A DNA stretch of 56,983 nt. Origin: Limnohabitans sp. Lineage in GTDB: Bacteria; Pseudomonadota; Gammaproteobacteria; Burkholderiales; Burkholderiaceae_C. Shown piece after piece: positions 1 through 7,729 of the stretch. The position numbers and the translations under genes were made by a program. The notes below the pieces were generated by a model that worked only from the letters and a program-made list of their open reading frames with translations, was not told the origin of the DNA and searched no databases. Numbering within the stretch: position 1 is the first letter of the stretch; every line of letters starts with the position of its first letter. The DNA lies in the NCBI GenBank assembly GCA_018883455.1, contig VEQC01000001.1:1-56983 (forward strand), read 5' to 3'.

Positions 1-867
1 CCCCCCAGAGCCGCCAAATACGCCCAGGTAGCGAATATGGCGTGAGACCCATTCATAGAGGCGACGCACTTTCTCGGTCTCGGTGCTGGCCTCGCCCACG
101 ATCTGGCGTGCTTGGGCAATGACTTCTGGGGTGGGGCGGGCTTTGTCATGCGCGCGGGCGTGGTAGGCCTTGGCAACCTCGGCGTAGCGCGGGTAGGTGC
201 TTGCGGCAAAGAAAGGTGCAAAGTCCTCCGCATCGACCATCGAGCTTTCGGGGGGATGGGCTTGATCTTGGCTGAAGCGCAGGCGGTAGGTTTTTTGTCG
301 GGGCGAGCTGGCGGCGGGGCCTCCACTCATGCCTTGGGTTTGCACGGTGATGGGTACCCGAGGGTCGTGGCTGAGTTCGATTTCCAACTGCCGATAAACA
401 TGGTGCGGCGAGAAATGAAAATTCCAGTGAAAGTGCCCGGGGAAGGTGGGCGTGTGTTTGTAAGACTCTACGCGGTAATAGGTCTTGCTGCCGACCTTGA
501 GGTTGGGGAAGATGATGATCTTTTGCTTGTATTCACTAAAGATGCCGCTCTCTGCACCGTCGTGATCGTCCTGCGTGCGAATGCGGTCAGGGGTCACCAC
601 AAGCTTGGTGCCGTCCGGTTGCAAGGTGTAGGCCTCGATCACCCGCACCCGCTCCTGAGCGTTGTTGTAACTGATGGAGAGCTCGCCCAAGGCGGCAATG
701 CCTTTGTCGGTCTCGACCTTATAGACCACCTCGCTGCGCTCTCGCAGTCGGTACTGGGCGTCAACGTGCAATTGCACACGATAGGATTCGACAGAATAAG
801 GCGGCACATAGTCGGCCCATACGGTGCTGCACATGAGCAGCACACTCAACCCCAGAGGTTTGATCAT
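1..867 (-). CDS. DUF3857 / transglutaminase-like exported protein (partial, runs off the window start)
   Basis: Absent from the ORF track. Manual translation from ATG 867 is open to base 1: signal-peptide-like MIKPLGLSVLLMCSTVWA, then ...YNNAQERVRVIEAYTLQPDG...IIFPNLKVG...TEKVRRLYEWVSRHIRYLGV, typical of DUF3857 followed by the start of a transglutaminase core. Confidence 0.8.
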   Translation of the reverse strand, partial: MIKPLGLSVLLMCSTVWADYVPPYSVESYRVQLHVDAQYRLRERSEVVYKVETDKGIAALGELSISYNNAQERVRVIEAYTLQPDGTKLVVTPDRIRTQDDHDGAESGIFSEYKQKIIIFPNLKVGSKTYYRVESYKHTPTFPGHFHWNFHFSPHHVYRQLEIELSHDPRVPITVQTQGMSGGPAASSPRQKTYRLRFSQDQAHPPESSMVDAEDFAPFFAASTYPRYAEVAKAYHARAHDKARPTPEVIAQARQIVGEASTETEKVRRLYEWVSRHIRYLGVFGGSGG

Positions 868-870
868 TGT

Positions 871-2511
871 TTACAACTTTGTTTGAAGAATGTTTGCGGC
901 GCGCTCACTCAGCACCAACTCCACTCGCAACAAGGCGCGGGTGAGGCCAACGAGGAGTTTGCGTTTTTCACGTGGGTTGAGTTCAGCAAAGTCCACTTCC
1001 GTGATCACCACCACGGGCATGCTTTGACCTTTGAAACGGTGTAAGCTGTCCACGAGGAGGGTGCCTTCGCTCCAGAGGGCGTTGCTGTGGCTGTCAAAGC
1101 CCATCGGCCGGCGCGTGGGCTCGCCGCCCAGCGTCTCAAGCTTTGGCGTGCGGGCTTTTTGTAGGCCGGCGTAACTCAGCACCACCACTTGGCTGGGGCG
1201 AAAGCCCTCTTGCCAGAGGCCTTGCAAGCAGCCGTTAATGGCCTTGAGTTCAGCTTGAGCACCTTCGCCGTGCACATGCAATCGGGGGGTAAGACCCGTG
1301 ACCGCGCCGCGCGCTTCAATGGGTTCGGGGGTGAGGTCGAGCTGGTTGATGAAATCCACCACAGCGCGTGGGCTGCGGAAGTTGTCCATGCAGCGCACCT
1401 GGACGGCGCCTTGGAGGTCAAACACGTCGCGGTTGTAGAGCTCTTGCTGGCTGTCGCCCATCACGTAGAAGCGTGCGTTGTCGTTCAGGCTCTCGGCCAG
1501 GGCCAGAATCCATGTCTCCTCGAAGTCCTGGACTTCATCGACGATCAGGAGGTCCAAGCGTTTCTCGAATTGGGGGGCATCGGCTAAGTAGCGTTGCTCG
1601 AGTTGGGTGAACACGCCTTCTTTGGAAAAGTCCACGGTCTCACCCGCACGTTCGGCGTGTTCATGGCAGAGTTGGTGAAACGTGCTGACCTCGCAGCGCG
1701 GTGGGGCGAGTTGGCCCAGGTGATCGGCCAAGGGGCGGTTGTAGCAAACATAGCGGGCGCGTTGACCCGCCTGCGCCGCGGCGCGCAAGAGGGTGAGGGC
1801 GAGCTGGGTTTTGCCAGAGCCTGCGGTGGCCTCGATTTGGTAGAGCCCGCTCTCGTGCGCAATGCGCGGCACCCAGGTCGCCAAGCCACTGGCGAGTTGG
1901 GTACTGGTGCGCTGTGCTTGGTCGGCGTGGGTGGCCACATCGGGCACCACTTCAAAGCGGTTGGCCAAGAAGTCAAACACCCGCTGGTGTTGGCTCGATT
2001 CCAGGGTTTGCGATAAATCCATGCATTCGCGCACGCGGGTGCAGAGGCGCTCTATTTCCGCCGAGTCCACGATGCGCTCACGCGGATAGGCTGCCAGCGC
2101 TTGGGAAATGCGCGCATCGGGCAGCACGAGGAGGGTGGCGATGGAGGTTTCTGGCAATTCGCCTTTGCGCATGCGCTCGCGCAGCCCGTTGTAGAGGCGT
2201 TGGATCTGGTGATTGATGCTCTTGGTCTCGCGCCCGTAGCGCTTGGTCAGGCCTGAGGCGCCGACTTCGACGTCCCCCGATTTAACCTCCAGAATCACGA
2301 TGTGCCCCTGTGGGGAGAGCACCACCGCGTCGAACTCGCCAAACACCTGGCGCCCATTGGCCATGGCGGACCATGAAAGGTGGTGAAAGACGGAGAAGTG
2401 CTCATCAAGCCCCTGCTCCAGGTGCTCCAGCACTTCACGCTCCCGATGCCCGCCCGGGCCATCGGGCGTGAAACCAATCAAGCTGGGGTGGAGGTGAGCC
2501 ATGTCGTTCAT
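871..2511 (-). CDS. NERD (PD-(D/E)XK) nuclease fused to an SF1/UvrD-like helicase
   Basis: N-terminal GEFDAVVL...ILEVKSG; Walker A ATAGSGKT; Walker B LIVDEVQD; C-terminal HRFKG...VGLTRA. Confidence 0.85.
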   Translation of the reverse strand: MNDMAHLHPSLIGFTPDGPGGHREREVLEHLEQGLDEHFSVFHHLSWSAMANGRQVFGEFDAVVLSPQGHIVILEVKSGDVEVGASGLTKRYGRETKSINHQIQRLYNGLRERMRKGELPETSIATLLVLPDARISQALAAYPRERIVDSAEIERLCTRVRECMDLSQTLESSQHQRVFDFLANRFEVVPDVATHADQAQRTSTQLASGLATWVPRIAHESGLYQIEATAGSGKTQLALTLLRAAAQAGQRARYVCYNRPLADHLGQLAPPRCEVSTFHQLCHEHAERAGETVDFSKEGVFTQLEQRYLADAPQFEKRLDLLIVDEVQDFEETWILALAESLNDNARFYVMGDSQQELYNRDVFDLQGAVQVRCMDNFRSPRAVVDFINQLDLTPEPIEARGAVTGLTPRLHVHGEGAQAELKAINGCLQGLWQEGFRPSQVVVLSYAGLQKARTPKLETLGGEPTRRPMGFDSHSNALWSEGTLLVDSLHRFKGQSMPVVVITEVDFAELNPREKRKLLVGLTRALLRVELVLSERAANILQTKL

Positions 2512-2520
2512 TCTGGCATG

Positions 2521-2553
2521 AAGCTAGGGGAGGGCGGGCTCATGGGGTGAGCC
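2521..2553 (-). promoter_or_regulatory. Palindrome GGCTCA-N5-TGAGCC + 10 nt + TAGCTT (-10-like), upstream of the NERD helicase
   Basis: Minus strand reads GGCTCA CCCCA TGAGCC cgccctcccc TAGCTT catgccaga ATG (palindrome 2537-2553, hexamer 2521-2526). Confidence 0.7.
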
Positions 2554-2763
2554 AAGGCGGGTGGGGTACCCGCAATACCGGCAGATTGGGTCTTATGGAC
2601 AAAGCCCAAGCGATTTTCTGGGGTTTGTCATACCGTAGGTATGGCGGACGTTGAAACCCTCGGGGCTTTACAAACTTCGCAGCTTGTGTTCTTCTAAAAA
2701 AAGGCCGAGCCCCAAAGCGCGGTCTGAACCGCCCCGACAAACGTTGTCTTTAAAGGAGTCGCC

Positions 2764-2982
2764 GTGAGCAAGAAGAACATGGACGAGTTGATCGCTTTGG
2801 CCAAGAACATGGCCGAAAAAGCTGCTGCGAGTGAGGAAACCTCTCGGGTGACGCCCGAAGTGATGGACGCCATTCAGGCCGTGGCCGCGCAAATCAAGCA
2901 CCGGGCGGGGCACGATGCGGACTTGGCCGCGTTGGTGGAGCACGTGCAGTCCTTGGTGAAAAACGCCAACCAGAACAAGTAG
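2764..2982 (+). CDS. Small helical hypothetical protein (72 aa)
   Basis: AAGGAG RBS before the GTG start; host-like codon usage. Confidence 0.7.
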   Translation: MSKKNMDELIALAKNMAEKAAASEETSRVTPEVMDAIQAVAAQIKHRAGHDADLAALVEHVQSLVKNANQNK

Positions 2983-3051
2983 TTTCGAGTTCCCTTGGGG
3001 CGCGCGGGTTTTGACTCTCGGGCCCAGCGCGTTCAAGCGCCATTGCCCTTG

Positions 3052-3085
3052 AGGCTCACCCCCTGAGCCTGCAACTCTCTAAGCT
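3052..3085 (+). promoter_or_regulatory. Palindrome AGGCTCA-N5-TGAGCCT with TAAGCT (-10-like) 10 nt after TGAGCC
   Basis: GGCTCA CCCCC TGAGCC tgcaactctc TAAGCT, upstream of the ATG at 3129. Confidence 0.7.
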
Positions 3086-3128
3086 CGATGGCATCTCGGG
3101 CCAAGCCCCGGCCGCACAGGCAGTAAAC

Positions 3129-3626
3129 ATGACCGCACAAATTCCCGAAACTTTATTGTTGGATGGCCAAGCCGTGGCCATGATGACCAACCCGCTCAAC
3201 GAATACTTGGCCTTGGGGGGCCCGTGCCCGGAGTTCCGGTCGGGCTGCACCGCGCTGTGGCGGGGCTATGTGGGCACCTGGGAGCTGCGAGATGAGCGGC
3301 TTTACTTGATCGAGCTCACGGGCACGCTCAGCACGGGGGAGCCTGCGAGCCTTGAGAGCGTGTTCCCCGGTTTTGGCCAGCGGGTGTTTGCCCATTGGTT
3401 TAGCGGCACGGTTCGGCTGCCGCAGGGCAAGCGCATTCAATATGTGCACATGGGCTACGGCAGCCGCTTTGAGCGCGATGAGTGGCTCAGTTTTCAAGAC
3501 GGGGTGTTGGTGGACCGTCGTGTGGTCTACAACGGGGTTGCGCCCTCGGGGGCGGTGGCTTCGTTTGGGCCCAGCGCCATGACGGTGTTTCCCGCGCGCC
3601 GTGACAACCCAGGAGAGACGCCATGA
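3129..3626 (+). CDS. Conserved hypothetical protein (165 aa)
   Basis: Protein-like composition with motifs TALWRGYVGTWE, FAHWFSG, HMGYGSRFERD; ATGA overlap with the next gene. Confidence 0.75.
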   Translation: MTAQIPETLLLDGQAVAMMTNPLNEYLALGGPCPEFRSGCTALWRGYVGTWELRDERLYLIELTGTLSTGEPASLESVFPGFGQRVFAHWFSGTVRLPQGKRIQYVHMGYGSRFERDEWLSFQDGVLVDRRVVYNGVAPSGAVASFGPSAMTVFPARRDNPGETP

Positions 3627-4189
3627 TGTGGTTACAAATTTACGTGGGCATTGGGCTCTTGAGCGGCGTGGGCATGTGGGCCTATGCGCAGTTGCAGAAC
3701 CGAAATCCGGATTTGCTCGCCGCCCATGTGCGTGAGCAGCAAATCCCAGACCAACGCCAGCGTGGCGTGCGCAAATTCTGGGAGCCCATGTTGGGGATTT
3801 CCGCCATGGGTTTGGTGTGGCCGCTGGGGCTCTTCATCGTGGTGAAGGACCGTTGGGACAAATGGCGCGAGCCTGTCCGCGAAAAAGCCGCGGCGTTTCG
3901 GGTGCGCCGTGGCGACCTCCTGAAACTGCACTCCATCGAGCAGGTGGCGCGTGACGCACGCGTCCATGACCCCTTGGGCGCCGTGCCTGACGTGCCATTT
4001 GGCCACTTGAACGCGCTTTGGACGCAATTCCTGCGGGAGCGCCCGCAAGACGGCGAGCTCTGGTCGTTTGCTTGCCGCTGGAAGAACACTTGGGGGGAGT
4101 TTGAAGACCGCAAGGGCTACGCCTGGGTGAGCGAGCGCAAGGTCATGGGCTGGATGGTGGCGCAACGGCGCGTGGAGCCGCGGGCCTAA
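3623..4189 (+). CDS. Hypothetical membrane protein (two predicted N-terminal TM segments)
   Basis: Hydrophobic stretches at the N-terminus and around WPLGLFIVV; translationally coupled to 3129-3626. Confidence 0.7.
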   Translation: MMWLQIYVGIGLLSGVGMWAYAQLQNRNPDLLAAHVREQQIPDQRQRGVRKFWEPMLGISAMGLVWPLGLFIVVKDRWDKWREPVREKAAAFRVRRGDLLKLHSIEQVARDARVHDPLGAVPDVPFGHLNALWTQFLRERPQDGELWSFACRWKNTWGEFEDRKGYAWVSERKVMGWMVAQRRVEPRA

Positions 4190-4232
4190 AGCATGAGGGC
4201 ATCGCGCTCGCTGGCGCGGTTGAGGCCGTGGC

Positions 4233-4505
4233 TCAGTTCACCCACGGCCCTCGTTTATTCTCGGCAATCACCAGGGCATCGACCATGAACATGAGCAGGT
4301 CGTGCACCTGCTCTTCCTTGGCGTTGAGGGCGAGTAGGGATTTTTCATGGGAGAGATCATTGGCGGTGATGAGCACGCCAAAGAGGTCTTTGTCGCGGTA
4401 GCAGGGGGTGAGGGCGTTAATGACTTCCGCGAATTGAGGGCAGTGGTCGTCGTCGAGTTCATCAACGAGCTGGTTGAGCTTCAACTTGAGCTGGGTTCGG
4501 TCCAT
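4233..4505 (-). CDS. Hypothetical protein (90 aa) downstream of the vWA gene
   Basis: GGAG RBS before ATG; acidic helical sequence; same strand as the vWA gene. Confidence 0.65.
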   Translation of the reverse strand: MDRTQLKLKLNQLVDELDDDHCPQFAEVINALTPCYRDKDLFGVLITANDLSHEKSLLALNAKEEQVHDLLMFMVDALVIAENKRGPWVN

Positions 4506-4566
4506 GGGGTACTCCGTGTTGTTTCAGGGCAGGGCGCACGGTTGGGTGCGCCCTGCGGGGGTGGCT

Positions 4567-5901
4567 CTAGCGGGTGTTGCGGCCTTGGTAGGTTTTCTTG
4601 CGCAGGTAGGCGGCTTTTTCGCTTTCGGCGTGGACATCGAGGTAGGCCGCCTCGTCCACTTCAGTCAAGCGCCGGCTCATGCGAGCCGCTGAATACAAGA
4701 TTTCCTTCTCCATGCGCTGATGGTCACGGCGCGCGAGAAGATCACGCATTTGCACCACCACTTGCTGCACCCAGGGGTTCTCGGCTGCGAGTGCCTCAAT
4801 CTCGCGCAGCAGAAGCTCCACGGTGTGCCACTGGCGTTGTTGCACGGCCGCTCGGGCTTGGCGCTGCAATTCGGCTGCGCGCAACTCCACCACGCGGCGC
4901 TGGACGAGCGCATCAGCGGCCATGGACTGCCAAGCGGCATCGTCGATCACGGGCAGGTTGGCCAAGCTGCAGGTGAAGGTGTGGGATTGGCCATTTCCAT
5001 CCAGGGCTTCGACCGTGATGTGCAAGGCCTGCTGGCGCTGGCTGCGCTGCTGCGCGCGCAGTACGCTGTCCATGGGGGCGGAGAAGCAAATCCAGGCCTC
5101 TGAGGCATTCGCAATGTCCGGGAGTTGCCAGATTTGATCGCCCGCGCTGGGGTAGTCGTTGAGCATTTTCCAGCGCGAGCTTGCGCTGCCCATGCGCACA
5201 CGCACTTGGCTCCAGGCGAGGTGGGAGAGCAGGCCAATCTCGGCTTCAAAGGGCTCGGCAAGGTCTTGGGCGCTATCGCCATACATGGCGTTGCCCGCCC
5301 CGGCCGTGGCCATGGCGGTCATGAGCTCCTCATTAAAGCCCAGACCAATGCCCACGGTGCTGGTGGTCACGCCGGCTTGCGCGAGTTGTTTAACCTGCTC
5401 GCAAATAGTGTCGATGTTCACGATCCCGTGGTTGGCCTGCCCGTCGGAGAGCAAGATCACCCGGCTGACGCGTCCGCTGCGCTGTTGCGCGGAGAGCTGG
5501 TGCGCGCCCGTGAGCCACCCTGCATGTAAATCGGTGCTGCCGCCCGTATCGAATTGGGAGAGCAGGTGACCCATGCGGGTTTTCGCGTCTGCGGCAGCGG
5601 TAAGGGGCAGGACCACATCCACTTCGGTGTCGTAAGTCACCACGCTCACTTCATCGTCGTCTTGGAGTTGTTGGATCAGCGCCTGCGTGCAGTCCTTGGC
5701 AGCGCGGAGTTTGTCACCCGCCATGGAGCCGGAGCGATCAATCACGATGGCGATCGAGAGGGGGACGCGTGGCAGATTTGTACTGTGCGGAGCCTGTATG
5801 CGGGCGAGCACTTGCAAGGGTTCATGCGTACCCGAGCGTAGGGCAGGCTTGATAGGGGTGAGGCTCACGTTGAGGCTCGGGGTTTGGGCTTGGGTGGCCA
5901 T
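4567..5901 (-). CDS. von Willebrand factor A (vWA) domain protein, YfbK-like
   Basis: MIDAS DRSGS, GGSTDL, LLSDGQAN; start moved to ATG 5901 (MATQAQ) behind an AGGAG RBS. Confidence 0.85.
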   Translation of the reverse strand: MATQAQTPSLNVSLTPIKPALRSGTHEPLQVLARIQAPHSTNLPRVPLSIAIVIDRSGSMAGDKLRAAKDCTQALIQQLQDDDEVSVVTYDTEVDVVLPLTAAADAKTRMGHLLSQFDTGGSTDLHAGWLTGAHQLSAQQRSGRVSRVILLSDGQANHGIVNIDTICEQVKQLAQAGVTTSTVGIGLGFNEELMTAMATAGAGNAMYGDSAQDLAEPFEAEIGLLSHLAWSQVRVRMGSASSRWKMLNDYPSAGDQIWQLPDIANASEAWICFSAPMDSVLRAQQRSQRQQALHITVEALDGNGQSHTFTCSLANLPVIDDAAWQSMAADALVQRRVVELRAAELQRQARAAVQQRQWHTVELLLREIEALAAENPWVQQVVVQMRDLLARRDHQRMEKEILYSAARMSRRLTEVDEAAYLDVHAESEKAAYLRKKTYQGRNTR

Positions 5902-5983
5902 GGGGGTCTCCTGAAGGCTAAAGGTTGGGGCGGAATGCACCGATGCGCACGCTTGATCGGCTTGTCAATCCCGCCGGAAAAGC

Positions 5984-6016
5984 AGTGTGCCGGGCGCGAA
6001 GTTCGCCCCGTGAGCC
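5984..6016 (-). promoter_or_regulatory. Degenerate copy of the GGCTCA palindrome + 10 nt + CACACT, upstream of the vWA gene
   Basis: Minus strand reads GGCTCA CGGGG CGAACT tcgcgcccgg CACACT. Confidence 0.5.
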
Positions 6017-6154
6017 TGCAGGCTGGCGTTCAATCCAGCGCCTGAAAGTTCTCGCGAACTCGCGGGTATAGGGGCGTCATCAACAACGCCCCGCGTGCCT
6101 CAAGGTGACGTCATCCAAGTGCGAAAACGCCCCCCGACTCTGCGTCAAATGCCA

Positions 6155-6613
6155 TCACATAAAAAAATAAAAATAAACCACCCTCTGCATGCGCCGCAGG
6201 CCTTCGGTGCGGCCGATGGTGCGGCCACTCGCGTCGTAGAGGCGTTCGCCCTCCATGCGGCCGAGGAGTTGGCCGGAGGGGCCGTAGAGGCGCTCGCCAT
6301 CCACGCGGCCCATGAGGCGGCCGCTGGCGTCGTAAATGCGTTCGGCCTCTATGCGCCCGAGCAGGCGGCCTGTGCTGTCGTAAACCCGCTCGCCTTCCAT
6401 GCGACCGATGTGGCGGCCCGTGCTGTCGTAAATGCGCTCGGCGTCCACGCGGCCTTGCAGGCGTCCGGTGCTGTCGTACAGGCGTTGGGCGGGGGCGGTG
6501 AGGGGAGCGAGGAGAGCGATGAGGGGCAGCAGGTGCAGCAGGTGCAGCAGGCTCCGCAGCCGGAGCGGGCGGGCGGCTTGACCTTGGGCGGTCGGACGGG
6601 TGGGGTGGGTCAT
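6155..6613 (-). CDS. Exported tandem-repeat protein (beta-flower-like, six 16-aa repeats)
   Basis: Signal-peptide-like N-terminus ending APA-Q; repeats of consensus R(I/L/V)YD(S/A)(T/S)GRxxGRxEGE; aromatic C-terminus YFYFFM. Confidence 0.75.
   Translation of the reverse strand: MTHPTRPTAQGQAARPLRLRSLLHLLHLLPLIALLAPLTAPAQRLYDSTGRLQGRVDAERIYDSTGRHIGRMEGERVYDSTGRLLGRIEAERIYDASGRLMGRVDGERLYGPSGQLLGRMEGERLYDASGRTIGRTEGLRRMQRVVYFYFFM
6197..6484 (-). repeat. Six degenerate 48-bp coding tandem repeats
   Basis: The (G)TCGTA/CCGTA core recurs every 48 bp on the + strand; the repeats encode the 16-aa units. Confidence 0.85.
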
Positions 6614-6670
6614 GGGGTTTTAACGCGCGAGTTCTGGAAAACGATTACTGGATGGATTTCCACCTCGGTG

Positions 6671-6703
6671 GGCTCACGGGTTTGACTCGCACTTACCGAA
6701 AAT
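6671..6703 (+). promoter_or_regulatory. Fourth, degenerate GGCTCA site in the divergent region upstream of the WYL gene (possible autoregulation)
   Basis: GGCTCA CGGGT TTGACT cgcacttacc GAAAAT; shares GGCTCACGGG with the vWA site. TTGACT could instead be an ordinary -35. Confidence 0.45.
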
Positions 6704-6748
6704 GGAAGTTGCACTTTACTTTCCGTTCAGGTAAAAATTTAACAACCC

Positions 6749-7720
6749 ATGAGTGAAATCGACCGTCTCTACAGTTACGCCAGCCTGCTCTCGAGCCGTC
6801 GCGCCTTGCCGCGAGATGAGATCTTGCACCGGCTGGAAATCTCCAAGGCCACCTTCAAGCGCGACCTGACCAAATTGCGTGATCGGCTAAATATGCCGGT
6901 AATGTTTGATAAAGAGTTGGGCGGCTACCGCTTTGAACGCGACGATTCCCGCACCGAATTACCGGGCCTGTGGTTCACGCACGAGGAAATCTTGGCCCTC
7001 CTGACCATCCAGAACATGATTGGCCAGTTGGAGCCGGGCATGCTGGGCCCCAAACTCAAGCCTTTGCAGGCGCGTTTGAATGAAATGCTGCACGCGCGCG
7101 GCATGGACGCAACCCTGCTCGCACAGCGCATCAAGCTCTTGCATGCGGGTAAGCGCCGCTTGCCGCTCAAAGCGTTTCAGGCGGTGGCGCAGGCCACGCT
7201 CGCGCGCCAACGCTTGCGCATCACGCATTTCAATCGCCAGTCGGGCGAGCATGTGGAGCGGGAGATCTCGCCGCAGCAACTCGTGTGCTACCGCGACAAC
7301 TGGTATGTGGACGCCTGGTGCCACTTGCGTGAGGGCCTGCGCAACTTTGCAGTCGATGCCATCACGGAGGCTCACGTGCTCACGCACGCTGCGCGCGAGG
7401 TGCCCCTCGCGGACATCGCGGCCGAGATGGCGCACAGCTATGGGATTTTTGCCGGCCAGCCGGTGCAGTGGGCGCGTCTGAAGTTCACGCCTGACCGTGC
7501 CCGATGGGTCTCGCGCGAGGAGTGGCACCCCGAGCAAAAGGTGAGCACCGAGGCCGATGGCAGTTATGTGCTGGAGTTGCCCTATAGCGATGCGCGTGAG
7601 CTCATGGGAGACATCCTGCGCCATGGCGCGGAGGTGCAAGTGCTCGCCCCTCAGTCCTTGCGCACCCAGGTGCAAGAGGCCATGCGTGCCGCGCTCAAGC
7701 GTTATGAGTCTTACCTGTAA
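6749..7720 (+). CDS. WYL-domain transcriptional regulator (HTH-WYL-WCX; YafY/PafC/DriD-like)
   Basis: N-terminal wHTH LEISKATFKRDL; WYL core REISPQQLVCYRDNWYVDAWCHLR; C-terminal WCX ILRHGAEVQVLAPQSLR. Confidence 0.92.
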   Translation: MSEIDRLYSYASLLSSRRALPRDEILHRLEISKATFKRDLTKLRDRLNMPVMFDKELGGYRFERDDSRTELPGLWFTHEEILALLTIQNMIGQLEPGMLGPKLKPLQARLNEMLHARGMDATLLAQRIKLLHAGKRRLPLKAFQAVAQATLARQRLRITHFNRQSGEHVEREISPQQLVCYRDNWYVDAWCHLREGLRNFAVDAITEAHVLTHAAREVPLADIAAEMAHSYGIFAGQPVQWARLKFTPDRARWVSREEWHPEQKVSTEADGSYVLELPYSDARELMGDILRHGAEVQVLAPQSLRTQVQEAMRAALKRYESYL

Positions 7721-7729
7721 AATTGAGGC

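Noticed and set aside
112-1044. 310-aa plus-strand ORF from the track
   Set aside because: Antisense shadow of the minus-strand DUF3857-like gene (1-867) and the helicase 3' end; no recognisable motifs.
6017-6154. Short hairpins (e.g. GGGGCGT/ACGCCCC at 6071-6092) as an ncRNA or terminator
   Set aside because: Short GC-rich stems without a U-tract are expected by chance at this GC content; no recognisable RNA family.
6197-6484. 48-bp periodic repeats as a possible CRISPR array
   Set aside because: Repeats are contiguous, degenerate and in frame within a protein; no unique spacers and no cas genes.
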